From the NCBI RefSeq assembly GCF_001949145.1, contig NW_019091400.1, forward strand, positions 1,302,001-1,364,000: a DNA stretch of 62,000 nt, written 5' to 3'. Origin of the DNA: Acanthaster planci (Eukaryota). The position numbers and the translations under genes were made by a program. Positions 38,144-62,000 of this stretch are shown piece after piece; positions within the stretch are counted from its first letter, which is position 1, and every line of letters begins with the position of its first letter. The notes beneath the pieces were generated by a model. That model was not told the origin of the DNA and did not search any database. It worked only from the letters and a program-made list of their open reading frames with translations.

Positions 38144-39049
38144 GTCAGTTCAGAAAAACCTCTTGTGTTTGTGTCAGTGCAGTCCACAACCCACCATTCC
38201 AAAAAAACCAGGCTGAAATAGGTAATCATGATGTCTGACATTTCCTCTTCCCCTCTCCCCTGTGATCCTGAGTCTAAATTCTGTCTGCAGAAAGCTTTGG
38301 CAGTTACGGGCAATGATAGTAGTGGACCTTCCATGAACGATGGAAGTTGCAGTACTTCAGGATAGGAAGTTACATGTCCATACTGCAGTCTAGTTTTGGA
38401 ATGGTGGGTAATGGATCAAACTAATTTTGTTATTTTCGTCTGGTGGGGGATGTTCTTATGATGGTAAAAACATTTATTATGTTGATACATGTATATAGAG
38501 ATGGAGGGTTGATATTTTTCTCATGTTTTTGCCATTAATTGCTACAGTTTGATTCATTGTAATTGATTCAGTGATGTACATGTATTTGATTCCTGGTTTT
38601 TATTCTTTCATTTCAATCATTATAGTTGCAGTGAATTTGATTTTCTTAAAATTCGTCAGCAACTTTGGCCATGTTTCTGAAATTTAGCGAGATGTGATTT
38701 TCAAATCATTCCTCAACTTCCCCTTAAAATCTGCAATAGCTCACTTGCTTGATAACTTCATGACTTGGATTTGCCAAACATTAAGGAAATACAGCAGTGT
38801 TAATACTATATTGCTCTTCTTAAAACAAAATTTCTGCCAGTATTTATAAGATACAGGATTTGTTTTGATTTGGTGATCCCAACTTTTTGCATTAAGAAAA
38901 AAATACAGCCAGTTTAAATTAACCTTACATTTTGCACGCTGTCTTTTAATATTTTATACACGCTTTGAGGCACTTGAGGATTTTTTTTTCATCTTTCTCT
39001 GTTACATTTTGTTAAAAATACCGGTTTGCCGCAAGTGATAATTTCTTAG

Positions 39050-39109
39050 ACACGAGCCGCAACCAAACACCGTGCCGTCAGAAGTCCGCCGCAGCCCCAT
39101 CAAAGATGA
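39050..39109 (+). CDS. Alternative candidate AGBL4 terminal exon (TRAATKHRAVRSPPQPHQR*)
   Basis: atttcttag| acceptor followed by an abruptly GC-rich segment; phase 0 reading ends at TGA 39107-39109. No homology support. Confidence 0.25.
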   Translation, partial: TRAATKHRAVRSPPQPHQR

Positions 39110-41089
39110 ATGGCGGTGGAAAATGTCAGTCCCTAGTCGGGAGTGTCTTGAGGAAGCCCAGGCAAGGGGGATCTTTTCCCAAGCCAGATCTCTCCCAAGC
39201 CGAGTCTCTTTCGTCTGGTCTCTGAATGAATAGAGACGTCATGACTACCAGCTTACGGGACTGAGCCGGCAAAGAATTGTCCGGGGAAAGTGCGGAGGAG
39301 GGAGGGAAAAATACAGTTTCTGGGTCGTCCACTGCAGAGTCGTTCAACTTGAGCTTATTTGGAAAATTGTCTCTGCACCTGATTTAAAGGAATTTAATAT
39401 TTTGGGAGGGGAAGGCGGTGGAATTAATGGATAGGATCTATTTTAGTGTTTCACAAGGGTACCTTTGCCAAAGTAGACACCCTTCTGAAGAATTTGGAAT
39501 CAGGATTTTGGTGCTTGGCTTTCAAGCGTTTTGGCAAAGATTATGATCAACCCCAACCACCTCAATCCATTAAACTCCAATGCTGGACTGCAAATTCCAA
39601 AGTGCGGGGGAATGTGCCCGTAGTTCATTGCACTGTGTGGATTCAGGATTCAGGAAAAATTCCCATCACAATGCCCAGGGGTTTATGAGGCTTGACGTAT
39701 GAGTTGGTGTAAGAAAGCAAACCTATTGCTGCTTTTGCAAGCCCTTTCTTTGTAAAGGTCTTCCTTTTACTAATATTGTTGCCGTATTGAAGTCTCATCA
39801 AATTCTGAATGAAGCAATGGAGCTGCTACTTGACCTTTGACCTAATGAGACGAGTACGGTTTTACCAAAATGAGTCACATAATTGAGTTACAATGTTCCT
39901 CTGGGGGCTGAATGGAAGATGCCCAGATTATTAAGTATTGATTTCATCCTTGTCTGAATGCACCCTATCTTACAGTTTTAAATATCACTACCGATGGCCT
40001 TATAAAAGACGTGCATGGTACGATGAATGCAAAGAAGATACTATGAACTTTACATTCTTCCTGGTTGATTTGAGAGAGGAGAAAGAACAAAAAGAGAGTT
40101 CACTGACCGCTAGAACTTGGCGTCACATGGCCCTAGGGCTCCCTAATCTTCCTGTTCTTTATGTTTTGCTACCGTTCTCAACAGGCCAATGAGTGATGGC
40201 GCATGTGGCATAATGTTCAGTTAAAAAAAGACCCCCCCAACACTAAGAATGAAAAGAATGAGAGCAAACCACCTGATGCTTTTAGCTCTAAGCCAATTAG
40301 TTAGTTGAGAGATGGATGAGAAATGAAGGGGGGGGGGAGTAGGTAATGGTGGAGATGTGGATGAGACGGGCACATTAATGGAAGTTTGATGGCTGGGCTG
40401 GGGATCACGCTGCATGGGTTGTGGGGAGGGGTGTCGAGGGGGGAGGGAACATGTTGCTCGAGATGGAAACGTATTTCTTCAAGACTGTAGAATTGCCTGA
40501 TGGCAGGAGGGTGTGGATGCGTTTTGGTGATCAAGATTCTCGGCAAATATGTTGTAAACTTGCGTAGCCCGATAAAAGCAAATAGCCAGCTTGGTTTAAG
40601 TTTTCCACCATTTTTTATCACAGCCTCACATGGCTCTTGAATCAGTTGATCCTTCATCAACTGCCAAGCAGCTGGATTTTTGATACATGTAGGGCAGGCA
40701 TAACAAACAAGACAGCCACGTTACTCTTAATTTTGATAAATACAGTGACTGTGGACTAGAGGTGCATTGACTAAGTAGCTATGAGGATTTCGTAGACTTG
40801 AACAAACGATCTCACCTTTTTTTAGTGTGAGGGTGGTTTGACCTGGCAAGGTTTAAACAATCATTTTGTTTACTCGCCCAAGTTAAACCGCCATAGCACA
40901 CACATCTGCTCAGGGAGAACAGGTCACTGTCCAAAATAAACTTTGACACATACATGTATGACAGGATTTGGAGGGGAGGAGGGTATCTCTAAGCTCTCAT
41001 CAGCAGTCAAGTGGCAAACCATAGAAGGGTCAGTTCTAGGTATTTCAGTCCTCCTTTCTTTTCCAATTCTTTCGCTCTCTCCCCGTTTT

Positions 41090-41935
41090 TATTAGCCAAA
41101 CAGCTTTTGTTTTTCTTTTTCCCCCATAGACATGTTACGGGGTCATTCTACAAACGACTTTTGCCCCTTCCTTATGGCTGATTCCCTTCAAACCTGGCAC
41201 ACAATTAGACTACTATCTGAAGATATGCATAGAAGCATGACATCATCATGACATCATCACCAGATTTAATATAGAATTTTGAAAATTTAATTTGCCCCCA
41301 TATGTATTGTACACGTTTTTGAAAGCCCTTTCGGGCCACTTGGCAATCTTGCAACTTCATCAAAGTTACACTAACAAAAGCCTAAGACATGAAAAATTTT
41401 CTACAAGCATTACGTCCTGATGACGTCATCAGGTTTCAAATTACAAGCGCTTACACTTTTGTTTTTGTTAAATTTTCAAAATTCCACATTAAATCAACCA
41501 TGACCCCCTGCAGCTTTCTTTTTGCACAAAGGGATAGAGTAATCTTCAGTTTCTAATGTTTTTTGTGTATGTAAAATCTTGTGATCCTTACTTCCGGTTG
41601 AACCTGGTCAAAACCACAAGTGTCTTATCATTTAAATTTGATAAAAGATATGAACCTACTTTCAACGGTGTTAGTCTCCAACACAACAGTATTCCTCTAA
41701 ACATGCACCTGTGATGTCATGCAACACTCAAGCGCCCTCTATTGATCAGTTAAAAAAATTTCAAAAATCTATTTTGTAGAGATGTTTGTGGTGAAGTTTG
41801 CTGGTATCACTTGGAAATTGGTAAATACAGTGATCCTTACGTCTGTAACCTTTCTGCAAAAATCAGGCTGATGACATCATCAAGCCGGAAGTTATAACAA
41901 AAAGCTAAAGCCTGCAATTGCCCATCAAAAGCTAG
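41090..41935. mobile_element. Probable non-autonomous transposon remnant, family uncertain
   Basis: Short subterminal IR (AGCTTTTGTT / AACAAAAAGCT), internal 28-bp IR (41263-41290 / 41468-41495), recurrent TGACATCATC and TGATCCTTAC motifs. Confidence 0.35.
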
Positions 41936-42065
41936 AGTAAATATCTGCATCCATTGTCTAAGGTGTCCAAGGTGCTCGTTGCATTGTCCATACACGCCGT
42001 GCAGGGGTAATGAAAAAACTTGCCATGAGCTGAAAATGCTGGCAACTCGACCCGTGGGGGTAAAA

Positions 42066-42326
42066 GCTGTAGCAGTAAGAGCCGTAGCAGTAAGAGCCGT
42101 AGCAGTAAGAGCCGTAGCAGTAAGAGCCGTAGCAGTAAGAGCCGTAGCAGTAAGAGCTGTAGCAGTAAGAGCCGTAGCAGTAAGAGCTGTAGCAGTAAGA
42201 GCCGTAGCAGTAAGAGCCGTAGCAGTAAGAGCTGTAGCAGTAAGAGCCGTAGCAGTAAGAGCCGTAGCAGTAAGAGCCGTAGCAGTAAGAGCCGTAGCAG
42301 TAAGAGCCGTAGCAGTAAGAGCCGTA
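42066..42326. repeat. 15-bp tandem repeat (GCYGTAGCAGTAAGA), about 17 copies
   Basis: Near-perfect array varying only C/T at one position. Confidence 0.97.
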
Positions 42327-43380
42327 TGCTTTGTACATGGTAAGCGTGTAACAGAGCCCTTCTATTTTGGGAGAATCTGACAAAATGCCCAACACGTGGC
42401 AGGGAAAGTGTGTGAGCGTGTATTGTCATGCTTTACTGTAGCAAGGAGGGTAGTGGTCCCACGGACGCAAATTTGATTCTGGCCTGTTTTGTGCCGGTAA
42501 ATGCACTGTTTCTTCTGAAGCGCATGTACGATTGGGCCTTGCGTACACTATTTTGGAATATGGTGCCTTGTGGAGACCCAGGAGAATGGGTTGAATAGGT
42601 CTCCACAAGGAATTTCTAAAGGTGTATAGGTCTCCACAAGGATTTCATGAAACTGATATTTGGAAATTGCTCAAAAAGGAGCAATTTTTAATGTGTAAGA
42701 ATCATCACAAATTGAAGTGTTTCATAAAAGGGACATTCGGTCAAAACTTCAGCCCAGGAGTGTGATTCATGTTGAAATGGGTGCATTTTGAAAACATCGT
42801 TTCACACGTGACCATGTTAGCGCTGGAGAACAAAGCTATGTATCCACAAGGATACAAATTTTGGAATGTGTGTGTGTTAAATTTTGAACTGCGGACTTAA
42901 CGACTTCATTTTTTTATCAAACCAAAAAAGTTTCCCGAAACAGCTTATCATTTGTCTACAAATACAACGTTCGTCTCTTTTTAAATTTTTTTTCCCTGTA
43001 GGAATCACGTACCCCCACCCCCTCGCCCCATTCAGTATGGTTAGTGACTCTTAATAAAATGATGCCTGACATACACCATCTGATGATTACAATGCATGTG
43101 GACTTATATATACGCCTGATTATTAATACACAGTCACTGCAAAATAATAGTCAGGTTTTCTTTTCCTCATTAGTAGTTACCAGATTCGCCGCTCAAGATC
43201 TCAGTAAAACCTAACAGATAAAGCAGATCCAGCAACTTAATTTTTTTCAAACTTACAAAAGTCATCAACATTATTTTTGTACACCTTTGACACAGTTTCA
43301 AGTATGACCCTTGCATTCAAAACCATGCTGATTTTCTGAAGAATGTAATTGTATAAATTGATGCTTGTCCTTTCATACAG

Positions 43381-43557
43381 CGACGGAAAGGGTCATCCAA
43401 AGGTCACAGGGCAGAGGTCAGGCCACAGTCAGAGACTCGCCAATACCAATCCCTCAGGGCAGATCATGGGTACGACAGCCACAGCCTGAGCGCGCAGAGC
43501 ATGAACAGCATGGCAGTGCAGTTCAGGTTACAGCACAGGGATATACACAGGAGGTAG
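43381..43557 (+). CDS. Candidate AGBL4 terminal exon (RRKGSSKGHRAEVRPQ...DIHRR*)
   Basis: Good acceptor (ttgtcctttcatacag|), GC-richer than flanks, in frame (phase 0) with the donor after 38143, stop TAG at 43555-43557. No recognisable homology. Confidence 0.35.
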   Translation, partial: RRKGSSKGHRAEVRPQSETRQYQSLRADHGYDSHSLSAQSMNSMAVQFRLQHRDIHRR

Positions 43558-46500
43558 ATGGGAAACCAGACAGGGAAGGCAGTAGACGCTTGAACAAGGC
43601 AATAGTTCGGGATTATTGCCCCTGTACGGCAAGCAGTGTTCAGATAGTAAAGATATAAGGGACCACCTTTGTGAAGGACAACTTTAAAGACTTTTCTTTG
43701 CACACATTTGTATTCCTCTACCGTAGGGTTGCTTCCTCCTCACTTTTATCCAGATTAACAATTGCTGGTGACATTCGGTGGCAAGACATGAATTTCAGCA
43801 TTCACCTTTTCTGAGCATTGTGCATTTGGACTTTACATATCCAATTCCGTCCAAAGTTTGTTTTGTATAGCAAGATATTGTACAGTTTTATAGAAAATCC
43901 ACAGCCTTAACATGAAGAACAGTTTTGGGGGTTTATTTATTTTTTATTCCTGGAAGCCTTAAAGCATTTTGCTGTGTACTTCGAAGTCTGTTTATTAACA
44001 GTTACTTTTTTAATTTGTTTTTTGGCAGCCTCAGTTTTGATTCATTTCTGGGGTGTAAAAATTGATTTGCTGGTTTGTGAAAGCTCTGGTGTTTTATTGA
44101 TTGTGAGTTGAAAGTGGACTTGAGGATAACACTGCAAGAGAGCATTAACCCCAGCAGTGAGACGCCACCTTATGCAGTGTGGCCTGTGATACATGTATGT
44201 CACTTGGCTAGTATGCCAACGCTCTCCCCACTGCATTAGGAGACTCTTCAAACAAACCAACGTTTGCTGTGAAACAAAAAGCGTTTGCTCACTAACAGGT
44301 GCACGGATGGCCGAGTCAGGCTGTCTGGCCTGGGTCAGTGATACGGGGAGGTCATCCGTTATGGGTTGCGTCTGCTTCACCAGCTAGGTATGCCTGATAA
44401 ACTTGTCTCACTGATGGGGGGGGAGTTCAAGGTTTCGAGGTAGAGTGATCTGTTTGACTAGCTCCAGCAAAATGAGGAACATGGTGAAAACGAAAAATTC
44501 TATATGCTGGATGGGCATGATTTGTAATGTTTGGCAGTGCTTCCCCTGGGATCAAATAGCACTGAATTTGTACACGTACATGTACATGTATGTGTTACAA
44601 ACAGATCTGAGATGAGCGAACAAAAATCTATTTTTTCATGCATTTGATGCGGCATTCTGATGAGCGATAAAGGAATTATTGACTGATCTGAGTCAGTGGT
44701 GAATATTCAAAATGGTGTTTACTCAAACAGCTTCCATGACCTATTGAATATTCCTCATTTTGATAGAGGGAACCACATAGTTTGACATTCCACCCCACAC
44801 TTTGCTCGCTGTTTTTATAGGCTATAACATGTTGTTTTGCTCTTGATTTTTTTTCCCTGAAAGTCAGTTAGTGGAGACAGCCACTCGTAAATTAGATTAG
44901 CTGCAAGCCAGAAATATGTTTTTACAAGTGAGAAAGTGGTCATCAAAACAACGGCAAGGTTTCATTTCCTTATACTCAAGGAGTGGGCGTTTATGGTGAG
45001 ACGGCCTTGGGCCAATTTGTTGTTATAAAAAAAAATGAGCCCTTTGAAAAGTGTAGAAATATTTTTGTGGCAACAACAGGTTTTGAGCCAAAACATCTAG
45101 TTAACATTTTTGAGCTCTGGCATTTTAGCCTGCGCATTTGCATTGAAAAATGGCTGGCAAGAACTAGCTAGCCTGCAGCATCTCAGCAGAGAGAGAGGAA
45201 AAACCCCCAGTTCCACGTGCATGTGAACACCCATCAGTATTGGCATTTGGCAGCGAGTTGTCAGTAGTAAGGTCTTGCTGTTCTGGCAGGAGAAAAACCA
45301 CAGGGTGTTTCACCTTTGAGAAAGCCTCTACTAGGATCACAACATCAGACCCTCTGATTTTTTTTGTATAATTCAGGTTACAGTAATGAGAAAGCTGTTT
45401 ATAAACTAATCTGAGTGGCTGCCGTAACTGCTGCGGCACGGTTATCACTCGCACCTTCTTCAGCTTGACGTGCGCGCGCATGCATTTGGCAAATCACGAC
45501 ACCCTGTCGTGATTTGGCGGCGCATGACAGGGGTAGCCATAATACTGCCCTGTCTCCTGCGACTACGGCTTCGAAATTTGATTAAAAGAGGCAGCGGTGG
45601 ATAGCTGTAGCCAGTGTTCAATACTTGTGCATGCCGTAGTCTCACATGGAGATGCTGCATTGCATGTTCCAACATAAACTATTGAAAATATTTCGTGTTT
45701 TCCTGAAGATATACCCCACATCTATTTTTGCAATGGACGTTAGTAATGACACGCATGATAAAGCCAGAAGTAGAAGAGTTTTTTAAGTGATATGGAGCCA
45801 TTGTATGCAACATTGTCATTGGAAGCCAGTATCCATCCTTGACATAACATAACTGATTTTTATCGACACCATTAAACCCTACTAAATTCTGCACTATTTG
45901 AATATCAACTGGACTTTTGGTTACATAGTAAATCACTGTGACAAAAAAAAATCACAGCGACCCAGATTTTTAAGTTTTAGAATCTGGGCTTAAAAAGCCT
46001 TTCTGAGCTAATGACCATCAGGATGACCTTCAGGTCAACGCTGGCGTCATAATTACGTGTTTCACATTCTTGTGAAAACCCCGGTTTTACAGGAAGAGAG
46101 GGAATAAATGAAATTTCACCACAGATCATTGACTAACAAAGCAATCCATCAGACGGCTTGTTTCCATCACAAAAGCTCACTGGCATTGCAGTGTCCGACC
46201 ATGAACAATAAGCAAAACTAAGGCCATGTCCGAAACGGGCTTCCAGAGCTACGGCTAGGTCTATTGTCTATGCATCTTCACGCATTTCCAATGGAGGGAA
46301 GACTTAGACCTAGATAAGAGATTTGGATGCAGCCTAAGTTGAAGAAGAAAAGATACCGCTACGCGGTGTCTCCCGTCTAGGAGCATTGTGAAACTGCAGT
46401 AATGGCTTCTAATTCTGGTTGCCAAATTACACAACAGCAGTTTGTGTTGAACATTTTGAAGGGAAGAAAATTGGGAAATGAAACTGACCCCCAGATTTGC

Positions 46501-48369
46501 TGAGCCCAGAAAAGTCTTGTTTAATAGCATAAAATAGCTTCCTGCAGTGAGATATCTTGCCTGTTAATAGTTTCAACCAGTTTTTGCTTACTAACTTAAT
46601 TTTGTCTGTGTTGTCCATTAAGCAGCTTGCTGATATAGGCTTTACTGATGAATACCAGTGAAGTTTGTAACATAACATGGAAAAAACAAAGAAAAAACAG
46701 GACAGAAAGCCAGGACAAATATTCTGGGACTTTTGTTTCATGCTCCACATTCTGTCAGTGCAAACAACAGAATGTTGACGCCCCGCATAAATCACACAGT
46801 CCCTGTTGCCTGTGATTCATCTGGGCACTGTAGCCAACTGTCTGAGCCTATTCTCAGCTGTGCACACTGTGGTTATCGATGCCGCACAGGCAGATGTGTG
46901 ATAAAGTCTGCAGGAGTAAACTCAATTTACTCCCCCTGAGTGTGACTGATAGGTGATAATGGGGGCAGATAGCATGCCGAGCCATGCCTATGTTTCTCGG
47001 GGAGTGCGAGGCAATGTCTGAAATGGGCAGTGATTGTATTTTTGGCTATGGCTGTCCACTGTGGTGCACAAAGGGCAAAAAAAGAAGCCAAAGTCATAGC
47101 CAGTGCCAAGTAGAAATTCAGTGTTTGTAGAGGAAAAAAGTAAAAGTTACCAGGCCCAAGCTGGGGAGTTATCGAGCTCCAGATTTCTTTAGAGAAATTT
47201 CATACCTTACTAGTGCGCAGTACCAGAGAGGTATGTCCACTGAACGTACGGACATCAACGATTTCACTTTTCACTTGTGGATGTTCAGACTTAAACTGAT
47301 AAATTGTAAGTCCATGGAAGTCTATCAGAGTGTACATGGTATATCACAAAACGGACACCATGCTGCTCTCCAAGGTTTGCAATCAGCTTTGGAACAAGAA
47401 CTTTTTACTTTGATTTTGTGGTTGCACTGTGAAAAATTTGGGAAGCTTGCAACGGGTTGGTTCTCCTAAAACCAAAAAATTGTCCAATCTTGATAGTTAC
47501 ATGCACGTGCACAACTGAAATTGTCGGTCTCTAGAGGGCCAAAGCCGAGTGCCCTCAATTTACCGTAAGAATATGTAGTCATATTATTTTACAGATTCAC
47601 TGATGATGCAGAGGTTATGAGGTTTTCACTATCAGAATGATATGTAACTTCTATTCTTTTTGCCTTGATGAGGATACCAAAGGATGAGGAAAACTGACAC
47701 CAAAGCTTGATAGCACTTTTATATTTATTTACCGTAAAGCATTGCTAGAGTCAGCACAAAGGGTCAAGGTAGTTTTCTCTTTTTTTTTTCCAAGCTTTTT
47801 CTCAACAGTCAGGAAAACACTGATTTATCTTGCTTAAGCCCGTGTGCTGTATGTTAGATTTTATTTGAACCGATCCAACAATATGAGCGGCACATGTTTG
47901 AAAGAATACTGAGACCTTTTTATTGTTGTATTTTATGCAGGCCTGATAAACCATAAAACCGAAAAGACTGAAGTGATCAAGAATTTCCGATCAAATACAA
48001 ACTCCTGTGTCAATGATATTGCGGAGGTGGATGGCCTGAAATGGTGGGACTCATTTTGTTGGAGATCGGTGAATATGAACTGTCGTGGCCAAAGTTTTGT
48101 TTACTTATGAAATGCAGCTTGGAAAACTACCTTTTGTTCTTCTTAACTTGTACATACTTGGTCTCTCCTTAAATTCATAAAGATGCCTTATTTATATTTT
48201 CCACAGTTTTTTGTGTGCATGTTCAAAACAAGAGATTGTAATAGAGTTAGATTACAGTGAGAATGTCGCAACATTCCAGTGTGTAAACAACCAAAAATTT
48301 GATGTTTTTCTCTCAAAACTAAATAAACGAAAGAGATATGGTTACTGGTTTTATTTTGCATGATGATTC

Positions 48370-48375
48370 TTTATT
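48370..48375 (-). terminator. Candidate polyadenylation signal (AATAAA) of POLR1A
   Basis: AATAAA on the - strand about 350 nt downstream of the POLR1A stop. Confidence 0.5.
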
Positions 48376-48722
48376 AAACCTAAATTGAAAAGTAAAGAAA
48401 TCCTTATATAAACTATATCTTTAAATCAGAATATATGATATTTAAACTCATTATTCCGATATTCATTTTTGTGTGTTCACTAATGCACAAATGCTGGCTT
48501 AAAGATACCAACTATTCAGTCAGTGCCATCGCAATATAAATTTTGGGTAATCTTATTAACATTTGCTGCCTCACTTTTGGCTTTTTTCCAGTCAAACAAG
48601 GAACAAACAATGTGGACTTTTCAGGTTAAAATACTAAAATCTTCACAACAATCGGATGTTATTTTTGCATGTTTCATAAGCAATCAGTTTGCAAGTAACC
48701 AATCATCCGACAGTGGGAAAAA

Positions 48723-61603
<12,881 letters not shown>

Positions 61604-61780
61604 CTGGGAGGGAGATAGAACAATAGAGGAACATCTTCATAAAAAGCAGGTGACGTGTCACTGAAATGATTACCACATGACAACTCTCTATTATGGGCAA
61701 ATACATGAGTTTACAGGAATATACTTGATGAGAAATTTATAGTCATTTCAAAGATGGATTTGCGCCAGGGAGATGTAAAT

Positions 61781-61950
61781 TAATTTCGGATTTTGCCCTG
61801 CCCAACGTGTATTTTAACACTGTATACTCCGTGTATGCCCCCAATGGCTTGTAAGAAAAACCACAAGCGTACTCGGGTGGGACTTGAACCCACGACCTCC
61901 GGCTTAATAGTGCAGACGTTTTGACAACTCGACCACCAAGCTTGCCGGTG
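61781..61950 (-). mobile_element. tRNA-derived SINE-like element
   Basis: The - strand reads GGTGGTCGAGTTGT...GGAGGTCGTGGGTTCAAGTCCCACCCGAG (A/B boxes) followed by a non-tRNA tail. Related degenerate copies at about 54600-54670 (-) and 27210-27340 (+). Confidence 0.6.
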
Positions 61951-62000
61951 TCGGCTGGATGGTTTGAATTAGATGTAGCAGCGGGTACCACAAAGAACTA

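Noticed and set aside
41932..42429. Long ORFs of 133-165 aa, (LLLRL)n / (YCYGS)n / (AVAVR)n
   Set aside because: Artefacts of the stop-free 15-bp tandem repeat; no splice or homology support.

Overview
Animal genomic DNA, not prokaryotic. The repeat content and intron style suggest an invertebrate deuterostome, possibly an echinoderm; this is inference. Two convergent spliced genes are present. (1) On the + strand is the middle and 3' part of AGBL4/CCP6, a cytosolic carboxypeptidase (tubulin deglutamylase). Eight exons from 2510 to 38143 splice in frame, including a 40-nt microexon missing from the ORF track. Its 5' exons lie upstream of the window and its terminal exon is uncertain. (2) On the - strand is the 3' half of POLR1A (RNA polymerase I largest subunit): 19 exons from 61603 to the stop at 48723, all with consistent splice phases. 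The strongest non-obvious signal is a U12-type (minor spliceosome) GT-AG intron in AGBL4 at 37441-38039. Other notable points: very large AGBL4 introns with enhancer-like islands, a fully palindromic hAT-type MITE with an 8-bp TSD inside a 23-bp minisatellite, inverted repeats bracketing three catalytic-domain exons, and facing poly(A) signals near 48.3 kb. The rest is MITEs, tRNA-derived SINE-like elements, tandem repeats and two assembly gaps. I found no evidence of a novel multi-gene system, and most listed ORFs are spurious.
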